Below are positions 1 through 8,527 of a DNA stretch of 64,000 bases, piece after piece. Within the stretch, counting starts at the first letter, position 1; every line of letters starts with the position of its first letter. Below the pieces are notes generated by a model. It made no database searches. It was not told the origin of the DNA and was given only the letters and a program-made list of their open reading frames with translations. The position numbers and the translations under genes are program-made. The stretch is from an uncultured Chryseobacterium sp. GTDB taxonomy: Bacteria > Bacteroidota > Bacteroidia > Flavobacteriales_F > PHOS-HE28. The stretch spans positions 887 to 64,886 of the forward strand of contig CAYZBO010000003.1 in assembly GCA_964476665.1 (NCBI GenBank), in the 5' to 3' direction.

Positions 1-413
1 TTGTTCTCGTATACTATTTTCGTTAGCACCTTGGCAACCTTTGTGACAGAGGATATTGTATCATTCGGTAGCGCTGTCGATTCATGAAAACATGCTGTCC
101 ATGATGCAAATTTTCCAGGAGAATAGAACTCTAGTTCGTCATTGTAGTCGGCGACTATGGCTGTCGGGTCGATTTTGGTTTGACCGTTTTGTAGTTCCTT
201 GATCAGGCTTTTCAGATCGGCCTTGCTCCACGTGTCTATATACCCATTGGTGATCAGATAGTTCTCAAATTTTGGTAGGACGCTGAACGCTTTTGCATTG
301 TTCTCCTTTAAACAAGTGAGTACTTGTTCTTCAGCTTGGGTAACAGGTGATGAACATGACGAAGCAATCAATGTAATAAGACTTGGGAATATGAGGGCTT
401 GTAGTTTCATGTT
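1..413 (-). CDS. hypothetical lipoprotein; 5' part of gene, continues beyond window start; low-GC
   Basis: Minus-strand ATG (cat at 411-413) opens the frame MKLQALIFPSLITLIASSCSSPVTQAEEQ... (signal peptide plus lipobox Cys), which runs to position 1 without a stop. It is absent from the ORF track because it has no in-window stop. About 40% GC versus ~66% in the rest of the window. Confidence 0.45.
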
Positions 414-416
414 TCG

Positions 417-530
417 CATCGCGCACAACTACTCAGTAAGCCCTATCGGTTTCTTTCCGCTTCATGCGGACCTGGGGAGTGTGTTATCCTTCACTGTAGG
501 GGAAGGCAAAACCACAGTGGCATGATCGAA
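417..530. repeat. copy 1 of ~95-bp conserved element (leader/promoter-like) immediately upstream of minus-strand low-GC ORF
   Basis: actcagtaagccctatcggtttctttccgcttcatgcggacctggggagtgtgttatcc... is ~80% identical in the same orientation to 1528-1625. It contains the hairpin tccgc-ttcat-gcgga. Confidence 0.6.
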
Positions 531-617
531 CTAGCTTGAACGAAACGCTGGCTTGCTGCATCAGCTTACCTGCCCGACGTCCAGCCCGAAGATAGCACGA
601 ATGGGTAGGCGCTCCAA

Positions 618-818
618 GTGGTAAGGCTCGTCTTCACGCCCTCCTATGCCTTCCCCCTGGTGGACCTGCTCGGCGAGGTAGGCGGCTTCCTCCCCAGCAA
701 AGGCGAGGCCCGCCGCGCCCTCAAGGAGAACAGCATCGCCGTGTACAAGGCCAAGGTGGCCGAGGACCGCTTGGTGACCACCGCCGACCTCCTGGGCGGC
801 CAGTTCATCCTGCTGTAA
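618..818 (+). pseudogene. tyrS: tyrosine--tRNA ligase C-terminal S4-like domain fragment (gene remnant)
   Basis: 66-aa ORF ...LPSKGEARRALKENSIAVYKAKVAEDRLVTTADLLGGQFILL matches the C-terminal S4 RNA-binding domain of TyrRS. There is no catalytic domain and an upstream in-frame stop at ~609. It is a high-GC (native composition) patch sandwiched between low-GC segments. Confidence 0.5.
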
Positions 819-957
819 CGTGGGAAGAAGAATTACTTCTTAGGGAGGGTGGGGTGACGTCGTTCTGGCTAAGCTTTCGGGCGGATTTTACAAACGCTAA
901 ACTGTCTGCTGTGACCAAAGGTAGCAGATAAGCAAAAACCTTGCGCCCGACTAAAAC

Positions 958-1221
958 TTAGGATTTGTTGTGCGTTCTTGCTTTTCTATTTTTAATCAAT
1001 ATTTTCAAATCAGCCCGTAAATAAGTTGATGCTATTAGTATTGCACCAATTCCGGCTCCTCGGCTTTTCCAATTCACTGGATTGATAATCATATAAATTC
1101 CGAGTCCGATTATAAAAAGACAGAATGGATAAGCAATAAACCTGATTATTATTCTTTTAAAAGTCCATTCTGAGGCATTTATGTCTTTGGGCTTGGTTTC
1201 GGTTTCTGCTTTCATTTTCAA
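958..1221 (-). CDS. small hypothetical membrane protein (2 predicted TM helices), low-GC
   Basis: 87-aa ORF with hydrophobic stretches FIAYPFCLFIIGLGIYMII and GAGIGAILIASTYL. Its start overlaps the stop of the upstream 95-aa ORF (1218-1221). Confidence 0.4.
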   Translation of the reverse strand: MKMKAETETKPKDINASEWTFKRIIIRFIAYPFCLFIIGLGIYMIINPVNWKSRGAGIGAILIASTYLRADLKILIKNRKARTHNKS

Positions 1222-1505
1222 TTGGGGATTTGATTTATAAATTCAATTCCTCCAATTCTTTTGTCTTTGAGCGCGTTGAGAACAATCGTTCCTTCAATTT
1301 CATGTTCCAGCACTACGCTTTCATCAAACTGCCATTCAGAATCAGGTTGATTTGGTTCAACGATTGAGACAAAATAGATGCAAGGTTGTCTAATCCATTT
1401 TTTTCTGTCAGCATTTTTTAATTGTTCAATTAGGTCAAGTCTGTAAAGTCCTTGCTCTTTAATTAATTCAATTATCCATTCTATTTCGAAGTACGGTTCT
1501 TTCAT
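1218..1505 (-). CDS. hypothetical protein (95 aa), low-GC
   Basis: ORF MKEPYFEIEWIIELIKEQ... lies directly downstream (on the minus strand) of repeat copy 2. It overlaps the next ORF by ATGA-type coupling. No recognisable family. Confidence 0.45.
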   Translation of the reverse strand: MKEPYFEIEWIIELIKEQGLYRLDLIEQLKNADRKKWIRQPCIYFVSIVEPNQPDSEWQFDESVVLEHEIEGTIVLNALKDKRIGGIEFINQIPN

Positions 1506-1527
1506 TTTTCAATCATGACGAAGAAAT

Positions 1528-1625
1528 ACTCAGCAAGCCCTATATGGTTTATTTCCGCTTCATGCGGACCCATGGAGTGTGTGTTATTTAACTATTGGGG
1601 AGGGTAGAACCACACTGGCTCCATT
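1528..1625. repeat. copy 2 of ~95-bp conserved element upstream of minus-strand low-GC ORF
   Basis: actcagcaagccctatatggtttatttccgcttcatgcggacccatggagtgtgtgttatt... aligns with 417-530 in the same orientation. The same hairpin (ccgc ttcat gcgg) is conserved. Confidence 0.6.
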
Positions 1626-1749
1626 TTGATGTCGTTGGAGTTAGCGGGCTGGGGTTCAATGAGCCTATCTCTAGTTGTGCGCACCTGGCACGAAATCAGG
1701 ACATGCGGCCGCATCGTTCATATGGCATGGCTCTGGTTCCATCCGCGGC

Positions 1750-2601
1750 TCACTCCGGCTTCACCACGCGGCTGTAGCGCACGCTGCCATCGGCACTGTG
1801 CAGGGTGATGAGGTAGATGCCGGCGGCGTGGCCGTGGAGGTCCAGCAGGTGGGTGGTGCTGCCAGCGCTCCAGGGGCTGCGGTGCAGGGGCTTGCCGGCG
1901 GCATCGGAGAGCTGCACGGTAAGGGCATCGGCGGCGGTGGCGGGGCGCAGCAGTTGCCACTGCTGGTAGCCGTGCAGGGGCAGCACGCGTACACCGGCGG
2001 CAGCGGCTTCGGTAAGGCCGGTGCCCACCTCCACATCAAAGCCGATGTCCTGCCAGGTGGAGGAGGTGGCGGTGCCGGTGGGCGCGTCCAGCGTGAGGCT
2101 GTAGAGCTTGCGGCCGGTGTTGTTGGTGCCCAGGGTGCCGAAGTTGGTGGTGCTGGAGCCAGTGAACCAGATGTCCAGGATCAGGGTTTGGCCGGCGTCG
2201 TACGCGAAGGGCGTCTGCAGCGGTATGCTGAACCAGTTGCCCTCGGTGCCCGGCGCGATGGTGTAGGAGGTGGCCATGAGCACCGTGTCCAGGTCGGTGA
2301 AGAAGGTGTTGCTGGCAAAGGCACCCGCGGTGGTCATGCCCAGGCGGATCATCAGCCCGGTGAGGGTGTTGCCCAGGTCCTCGCCCGTGCTGCCATAGCG
2401 GAAGTACAGCGTGGTGATGAGGCCGCTCACCTCGTTCTGCAGGTCACCCGGCAGGTAGAGGCTCTGGGTGTGCGGCGCAAAGCTGGTGTTGCCCAGCAGG
2501 AAGGTGCTGTTGCTGGTGCCGCAGCAGCGCTGCACGTCCTGCGCGCAGAGCGCAACGGGCAGTGCGAAGGCCAGCGCGAGGAGGGTGGTGCGGGTGTGCA
2601 T
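1750..2601 (-). CDS. secreted protein with T9SS (Por) type-A C-terminal sorting domain
   Basis: N-terminal signal peptide MHTRTTLLALAFALPVALCAQ. C-terminal ~80 aa (...LQLSDAAGKPLH...GIYLITLHSADGSVRYSRVVK) has T9SS CTD character. The antisense ORF 1675-2634 is a Gly/Ala-rich artefact. Confidence 0.7.
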   Translation of the reverse strand: MHTRTTLLALAFALPVALCAQDVQRCCGTSNSTFLLGNTSFAPHTQSLYLPGDLQNEVSGLITTLYFRYGSTGEDLGNTLTGLMIRLGMTTAGAFASNTFFTDLDTVLMATSYTIAPGTEGNWFSIPLQTPFAYDAGQTLILDIWFTGSSTTNFGTLGTNNTGRKLYSLTLDAPTGTATSSTWQDIGFDVEVGTGLTEAAAAGVRVLPLHGYQQWQLLRPATAADALTVQLSDAAGKPLHRSPWSAGSTTHLLDLHGHAAGIYLITLHSADGSVRYSRVVKPE

Positions 2602-2693
2602 GGTGGGCGGGTTTGGTCATTCAAACCTACGTAATGGTGCGCCTGTATGCAATGTCTGGGCCCTGCGTTCAGCGGCGCGTTCGGCGCCCTCGT

Positions 2694-3695
2694 TCACCCC
2701 ACCATCAAGTTGCACCCGCGCACCTGGCTGTGGTCGAAGCGGCCGAGCACTTCGAAGCTTCCGTCGGGGTGGGTGCGGCCGAGGTCCTGGGTGCTGATGA
2801 AGGGGCAGCTGGCGAGGTTGGCGAGGTCGGTGACGTCGATGCCACCGCTGCGGCCGGGCGGAGCGAGGCTCAGCGGGTCGTTGACGTCGCGCAGGCGGAC
2901 ACGCATCCAGGGGGGGCAGCGGTAGAGGCCACCGCCATCGCTCCAGGCCTGCGAGAGCAGCTCGGTCATGCCGTACTCGCTGTGGATGGCGGGCACCCCG
3001 AAGGCGTCCTGCAGGATGCGGTGCAGGGCCTCGCGCACCAGCTCGGGACGACGGCCTTTCATGCCGCCGGTCTCCATGATGGTGGTGTGGCGCAGCGGCA
3101 TGGGGTGCTGCTCGGCGAGGTCGAGCAGGGCGAAGGTGACGCCGAGCAGGAGGGTGCGCCGGCCTTCGGCCTCGGAGCGGCGTAGCACGTCGGCCAGTTG
3201 GTCGTAGCGGTACAGGTAGGTGCCGCTCAGCGGGTCGCCGCTTTCCCGGATCAGGTGCTGGGCCATGTACACCAGCGAGCTGCCTTCCCGCTCCAGGTAG
3301 GCCGGCAGCAGGGCCAGGATCCGCCACGTGTCGGGCGCGCCGTAACGGGAGGTGAAGGAGGTCATGAAGGAGCGCTCGTACACCCGCGGGTAGGGCACGA
3401 AATGCCTGCTGGTGATGGCCCCTGTGGTTCCGCTGCTGGTGAAGTGGCTGCCGGGGTCCAGGCCATTGAGCAACACCCGGTGGCTGCGGAACAGGGTGAT
3501 GGGCAGGTGCGGGATGTCGGCGGCGGTGCGCACCCGTGCGGGATCCACGCGCAGGGCCTCCACGAAGCGGCGGTAAATGGGGTTGCGCTGGCGGTGCAGG
3601 TGGAATAATTCGAGCGCCAGTGCGTTGAAGTCCTCGTCGGTGCGCACGGCGAAGGGGCGGTCCAGCAGCGGGGCGAGGAGGGCGGCGGTCGACAT
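2694..3695 (-). CDS. LuxE-like acyl-protein synthetase / adenylate-forming enzyme
   Basis: 333 aa with the TSSGTTG adenylation motif and overall similarity to the LuxE / F390-synthetase-like family annotated in Bacteroidetes. Confidence 0.6.
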   Translation of the reverse strand: MSTAALLAPLLDRPFAVRTDEDFNALALELFHLHRQRNPIYRRFVEALRVDPARVRTAADIPHLPITLFRSHRVLLNGLDPGSHFTSSGTTGAITSRHFVPYPRVYERSFMTSFTSRYGAPDTWRILALLPAYLEREGSSLVYMAQHLIRESGDPLSGTYLYRYDQLADVLRRSEAEGRRTLLLGVTFALLDLAEQHPMPLRHTTIMETGGMKGRRPELVREALHRILQDAFGVPAIHSEYGMTELLSQAWSDGGGLYRCPPWMRVRLRDVNDPLSLAPPGRSGGIDVTDLANLASCPFISTQDLGRTHPDGSFEVLGRFDHSQVRGCNLMVG

Positions 3696-3724
3696 GCGTA
3701 TGGACAGGCCTTAACTTTGGAACG

Positions 3725-4228
3725 ATGCTGACGCTTCGCTCATCGGCCACGAAATTAGGTCCCCTCGCTCTGGGCGCGGTCCTGCTGCTGAGCGCCTGCC
3801 TGAAGAAGGAGGAGTTCCCACCCGAGCCGACCATCGCCTTCAAGTCGCTGGAGCAGTTCGGCGACTCGGCCTCGCTCACGATCACGTTCACCGATGGCGA
3901 CGGTGACATCGGGTTGGACGATACTGATACAGAGGCCCCTTTCGAGCCGGGCTCCGACTATTATCACAACTTGTTCGTGGGTTTCGATCAGCTGAACAAT
4001 GGCGTCTGGCAGGAGGTGCAGCTGGCGCTCCCGCTCAATTACCGCGTTCCCCGCATCACCCCCTCGGGCCAGAACAAGGCGCTCTCGGGCGAGTTGGCGG
4101 TGGCCTTGAAGCCCTGGCCCATCATTCCCGGCAGTGCCGGTGACACTGTGCGCTTCGATGTGCGCCTGCTGGACCGCTCCCTCAATGCGAGCAACGAGGT
4201 GAGCAGTGGCGCGGTGGTGGTGGAGTGA
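3725..4228 (+). CDS. hypothetical lipoprotein
   Basis: Signal peptide with lipobox (LLLSAC) followed by an acidic Gly/Asp-rich region. No family recognised. Confidence 0.5.
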   Translation: MLTLRSSATKLGPLALGAVLLLSACLKKEEFPPEPTIAFKSLEQFGDSASLTITFTDGDGDIGLDDTDTEAPFEPGSDYYHNLFVGFDQLNNGVWQEVQLALPLNYRVPRITPSGQNKALSGELAVALKPWPIIPGSAGDTVRFDVRLLDRSLNASNEVSSGAVVVE

Positions 4229-5914
4229 TCACATCTCGCCGGCCATCGCCTCCGACACGTTGATCACGTGGTCGCCCACCTTCTCGCAGGAGGAGAAGAG
4301 GTCGTTGTAGATCAGTCCGCTCTTCACATTGTACACGCCGGATTCGATGCTCTTCAGGTGGCTGCGGCGCAGCTGATCGCGCTTGGTGTTGATGCGTTGT
4401 TCGGCCTCCACGGCCTCGTCCAGGAACACCTGTTCGGCATCCACATCAAGGTTGCGGTGCATCACCTCGAAGGCACGCTCCACCAGCGCGAGCATTTCCA
4501 GCAGCTGCTCGCGTTGCTCCGGGGTGAACCACAGCCGTTCATCGCGCTTGCGCTCCATCGCCTTGCCCATCTGGAAGAAGATGTCGCCCACCCGCTCCAG
4601 ATCGCCGACGATGGCGAGCATGCCCTGGATCCTGGCGGAGACCTCTTCATTGCGCACCTCGGTGCTGGTCTTGGTCAGGTACTTGCCCACCTCCACCTCG
4701 ATGCGGTCGGTGATCTGCTCGTATTTGGACAGGCGCTGCATGATCAGCTCGCACTGTTTGGGCTCCGTCGTGGTCACCAGGTCGCGCACCATGCGCAGCA
4801 TCTCGTGGGTCACTCGTCCGAACTTGGAGATCTCCTTGCGGGCTTCCATCAACGATACCTCGGGCGTCAACGGAATGTCGGCATCGAGGTATTCCAGGCG
4901 GTATTCCTCATCCAGTTCGTTGCGGGCGGGCACCATCCAGGTGATGATGCGCTCCAGGTAGGGCACCAGGCCGATGAGCAGGAGCGTGTTCAGCACGTTG
5001 AAGGAGATGTGCAGCAGGGTGAGCGCCCATTTGATGGAGCCTGCGTCGAGGTAGGGCGAGGCTCCGAAGGTTGCCGTGATGTACTGGTCGATGGCGCGCA
5101 GGTAGGGATGGAAGAGCAGCAGGGCCCACGAAGCGCCGATGAGGTTGAAGAGCAGGTGGGCGCGGGCGGTGCGCTTGGCCCATACGTTGGCCACCAGCGC
5201 GGCGATATTGGCGGTGATGGTGGTTCCGATGTTCTCTCCGATGACCAGGGCCGCGGCCATGTCGTAGCCGATGGTGCCGTTCTCGCAGAGCACCAGGGTG
5301 AGTGCGATGGAGGCGCTGGAGCTCTGGATGATCATGGTGAGCACGGTGCCCACGAGCACGAAGAGCAGCACGGACAGCATCCCCATGTCGCTGAGGTCGC
5401 GGAGGAAGGCGAGCGCCTGCGCGGATGGGTGCGGGATGGACTGCTTCATGAACTCCAGACCGAGGAAGAGCAGGGCCACGCCGATGAGCAGTTCGGCCAG
5501 TGCTTTGGCCCGTGCGGTGCGCAGGAACAACAGGGGGAAGGCCAGGCCCACGATGGGGATGGCCAGCTTGGTGATGCTCAGGTCCGTGAACACCGCCCAG
5601 CTGAAGAAGACCGCCTTGATGGTGGTGCCGATGTTGGCCCCCATGATCACGCTGATGGCCTGGCGCACGCTCAGGAGGCCTGCGTTGACGAAGCTCACCA
5701 CCATCACCGTGGCCGCACTGCTGCTCTGGATGACCGTGGTACTGACAAAGCCGGTGAACACGCCCATGAAACGATTGGCGGTCATGGCGCGCAGCACACT
5801 GCGCATGCGGCCGCCGGCCACCTTCTGCAGCCCTTCGCTGGTGACCTTCATGCCGTAGATGAAAAGGCCCAGAGATCCGGCGAGCGTGAGGAATTCGAGG
5901 AGGCCGAAGGACAT
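4229..5914 (-). CDS. Na+/phosphate cotransporter family protein (NptA type, with C-terminal PhoU-like domain)
   Basis: 561 aa with duplicated Na/Pi cotransporter membrane repeats (...IQSSSA... twice) and a C-terminal helical PhoU-like region. Confidence 0.85.
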   Translation of the reverse strand: MSFGLLEFLTLAGSLGLFIYGMKVTSEGLQKVAGGRMRSVLRAMTANRFMGVFTGFVSTTVIQSSSAATVMVVSFVNAGLLSVRQAISVIMGANIGTTIKAVFFSWAVFTDLSITKLAIPIVGLAFPLLFLRTARAKALAELLIGVALLFLGLEFMKQSIPHPSAQALAFLRDLSDMGMLSVLLFVLVGTVLTMIIQSSSASIALTLVLCENGTIGYDMAAALVIGENIGTTITANIAALVANVWAKRTARAHLLFNLIGASWALLLFHPYLRAIDQYITATFGASPYLDAGSIKWALTLLHISFNVLNTLLLIGLVPYLERIITWMVPARNELDEEYRLEYLDADIPLTPEVSLMEARKEISKFGRVTHEMLRMVRDLVTTTEPKQCELIMQRLSKYEQITDRIEVEVGKYLTKTSTEVRNEEVSARIQGMLAIVGDLERVGDIFFQMGKAMERKRDERLWFTPEQREQLLEMLALVERAFEVMHRNLDVDAEQVFLDEAVEAEQRINTKRDQLRRSHLKSIESGVYNVKSGLIYNDLFSSCEKVGDHVINVSEAMAGEM

Positions 5915-5958
5915 GGCGGAGCGAAGGGCGGCAAAAGTATGACCGCCATGTTAGGCCA

Positions 5959-7083
5959 GTGTTAGATCTGCGCGCGCTGAGGCCGCGCTGGATGCGGCGT
6001 CCAACGGCCGGTTACCTTTGGAGCGAACTTTCAGCGGCGCGTTCCATGGCACAATTATCTCCCAGACAGGTCAGCGTGATGGCCGGCCTGGTGGTGGCGG
6101 TGGCCGGTGGCCTGCTGGTGGCTGTTGCAGCCTCGCCGGTGGGTGTGCGGCTGCAGGCCTGGGTCGCCGTCATCACAGCCGTGCTCCTGTTCGGTGTGGC
6201 CTACGTGGTCTTCTCCTTCGGCATTGAACGCTTCATCCACAGCCGGATCAAGGCGCTGTACCGCACGGTGCACGATCTGCGTCGGCAACGGGCTGGAAGT
6301 GCGCTGCGTGAGCGTGGTGGCGATATCCTCGATGCGGTCAATGCCGAGGTGGCCGCCTGGGCCACCGAACGCCGCACGGAGATCCGTGAACTGCACGAAC
6401 GGGAGAAGTTCCGCCGGGAGTTCATCGGCAACCTGGCCCACGAACTGAAGACCCCCATCTTCAACATCCAAGGCTACATCCTCACGCTGCTCGAGGGCGG
6501 ATTGGAGGATGAGAAGGTGAACCGCGACTTCCTGGAACGCGCTTCCAAGAGCGTGGACCGGCTCACCAAGACCGTGGAGGACCTGGACTTGATCACCAAG
6601 CTGGAGGGCGGTGTGATGGACCTCCGCATGGCCCGGATGGACCTGCGCGAGCTCGTGGCCGATACGATGCGCGCCGTGGAGATCTCGGCCCGTGAGAAGG
6701 GTGTGCGCCTGGTGAACGAACTGCCTGCACCGACGTGGGTGCGCGCCGACCAGCACCGCATGGCACAGGTGTTCACCAACCTCATCGGCAATGCCATCAA
6801 CTACGGCCGGCCGGGAGGCAAGTGCGTGGTGCGCAGCTACGTGCTCGGCGATCAGGTGGTGGTGGAGGTGGCCGATGACGGCATCGGCATCAGCGAGGAG
6901 CACCTGCCCCGCCTGTTCGAGCGCTTCTACCGTGTGGGCAAGAGCCGCGCCCGCAACGAAGGAGGCAGCGGCCTGGGACTGGCCATCGTGAAGCACATCA
7001 TCGAAGCCCACGGACAGGGGATCACCGTGAAGAGCACGGAGGGTGAGGGCACGGTGTTCAGCTTCACCGTGGAGAGCGCCTGA
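5959..7083 (+). CDS. two-component sensor histidine kinase (orphan)
   Basis: HisKA H-box HELKTPIFNIQGY, HATPase_c N/G boxes (NLIGNAINYG, GSGLGLAIVKHI) and an N-terminal TM segment. The true start may lie internal to the ORF. Confidence 0.85.
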   Translation: MLDLRALRPRWMRRPTAGYLWSELSAARSMAQLSPRQVSVMAGLVVAVAGGLLVAVAASPVGVRLQAWVAVITAVLLFGVAYVVFSFGIERFIHSRIKALYRTVHDLRRQRAGSALRERGGDILDAVNAEVAAWATERRTEIRELHEREKFRREFIGNLAHELKTPIFNIQGYILTLLEGGLEDEKVNRDFLERASKSVDRLTKTVEDLDLITKLEGGVMDLRMARMDLRELVADTMRAVEISAREKGVRLVNELPAPTWVRADQHRMAQVFTNLIGNAINYGRPGGKCVVRSYVLGDQVVVEVADDGIGISEEHLPRLFERFYRVGKSRARNEGGSGLGLAIVKHIIEAHGQGITVKSTEGEGTVFSFTVESA

Positions 7084-7089
7084 GCCGGC

Positions 7090-8340
7090 TCACCGCACCG
7101 CTTCGTCGTAGAGCATCACCTCGTGCTCGTTGTTGATGCTTATCCTCGGGATATCGTCGAAGATGGTGACCTTCCCCGTCACGCAGATCTTCTTGTTGAG
7201 GAGGTACTGCTCCGGATCGTAACTGAAGTTGGGGCCGTTGTACTCCCAGATCGTCGCATAGAAATCCTGGTGGGGGTGCTGCCTGTCGAAATTCAGGTAG
7301 ATTGCCTTGGCCTTGGCGGTCTTGCGGGAGCTGACCACCGTGCCGCACACCGTGATGCTGCGACCGATGTGGTACTTGGCCTGCACGGTGTTGAACATGC
7401 CATTGGGCAGCGGTGCCTTCAGGGGCTCCTGCTCCCCGGCGAACGGGTCCCCCTCCGCATACCAGGCCAACGGATCGCGCATGGAACCGATCCGCGCCTC
7501 GAGTTCGTCCTCCAGTGCGGGGAAGAAGTCGATGCCGGTTACCTGCTCCACGCTGTCCACGCTCACGGCATAGCTGATCGTGGGGTATTCGTTCTTCCCG
7601 TTGCTCTGCAGGAAGGCGATGGCCTTGGGCTCCGGACCGTCGAGGTCGGCGATCACCTTGAAGAAGCGTTCGGGGATGCTCACTTCGTTCTTGCGCCCTT
7701 CCTTCTGCATGGTGGGCAGGCCGTCGCGTAGCACCGGACCGGTCACCACGAACACGCGACGCTTGCTGAAGGTCACGTACCGACGCACCCAGTCCTCCAG
7801 ATCGGCCCACGAACCCCGGTTGAGGTCGGGCAGCTGCGGGCTGATGTTGCTGTAGAGGTAGGTGGCGGCCAGTGCGGTCTGGTTCCACCGCATGTCCGCG
7901 CTCGGTACCAGGTGGCCCCGGTCGTAGCCGCTGTACCAATAGTCCGCCGTGACAGCCGTGCCGGTGCGCACCAGTGGGTCGGGCAGGAAGGAGTCGATGC
8001 GGGCCAGGTTCCCTTCGATCAGTTCGGGCGAGGCGATGTGGGCGACCCATCGCGGCTGTTCGTGCTTCTCTTCGTACACGAGCATGTGGCCCGGATGTTC
8101 GATCAGTTCATCGCCGGGCTTCAGGGCAGGCAGACCGATGGCCCGAAGGTCGCGTCGGATGATGGCCAGCTTCACCGAGTCGAGGCGCTCCTTCAGTGCC
8201 ACCTCCGATGCGTGCAGCGCGTCGTATTGCGCCTCCAGGGCCTTCTGCCTCGCCTCCAGGGGCGGTTGGCCGTTGACCTGGGCGTGCAGGGGGGCGGTTG
8301 CCGCCAGCAGAAGGTACGGTAGGAACAAGGAGCGAAGCAT
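7090..8340 (-). CDS. secreted DNA/RNA non-specific endonuclease (Serratia NUC family)
   Basis: Signal peptide plus the DRGHLVPSAD...N.SPQ catalytic motif (DRGH nuclease). Confidence 0.85.
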   Translation of the reverse strand: MLRSLFLPYLLLAATAPLHAQVNGQPPLEARQKALEAQYDALHASEVALKERLDSVKLAIIRRDLRAIGLPALKPGDELIEHPGHMLVYEEKHEQPRWVAHIASPELIEGNLARIDSFLPDPLVRTGTAVTADYWYSGYDRGHLVPSADMRWNQTALAATYLYSNISPQLPDLNRGSWADLEDWVRRYVTFSKRRVFVVTGPVLRDGLPTMQKEGRKNEVSIPERFFKVIADLDGPEPKAIAFLQSNGKNEYPTISYAVSVDSVEQVTGIDFFPALEDELEARIGSMRDPLAWYAEGDPFAGEQEPLKAPLPNGMFNTVQAKYHIGRSITVCGTVVSSRKTAKAKAIYLNFDRQHPHQDFYATIWEYNGPNFSYDPEQYLLNKKICVTGKVTIFDDIPRISINNEHEVMLYDEAVR

Positions 8341-8412
8341 CGAGCGCCAAGTTAGAGCCTGTTCAGGATCTCTTCACAGGCGCCCTCCGGCCTCTTTTCC
8401 GCTCATGCTTCA

Positions 8413-8456
8413 CCGAAAAATGGTCACGTAGGCACCGCTATGCTTCCATTTTTCGG
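8413..8456. repeat. perfect 11-bp inverted repeat (CCGAAAAATGG-N22-CCATTTTTCGG), possible terminator or operator
   Basis: Read directly in the intergenic region between the glycosyltransferase stop (8528) and the nuclease start (8340). Confidence 0.5.
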
Positions 8457-8527
8457 CTTCGCCTGAACGAAAAACAGTCTCGTAGGCCATCCTGCAAGTG
8501 ATCCCGAACAGGCTCCTGGAAGCGGCC

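Noticed and set aside
1675-2634. 319-aa plus-strand Gly/Ala-rich ORF antisense to the T9SS cargo gene
   Set aside because: Low-complexity GGGGAGG runs. The opposite strand encodes a protein with a signal peptide and a T9SS CTD.
2617-3909. 430-aa minus-strand Pro/Arg/Ala-rich ORF overlapping the LuxE-like gene in another frame
   Set aside because: Extreme compositional bias (PR-rich), typical of an out-of-frame reading of high-GC coding DNA. The 2694-3695 frame carries recognisable enzyme motifs.
4268-5965. 565-aa plus-strand ORF antisense to the Na/Pi cotransporter gene
   Set aside because: His/Gly/Ala/Asp-rich low-complexity translation with no signal or motifs. Long antisense ORFs are expected at 66% GC, and the minus-strand gene has a clear family assignment.
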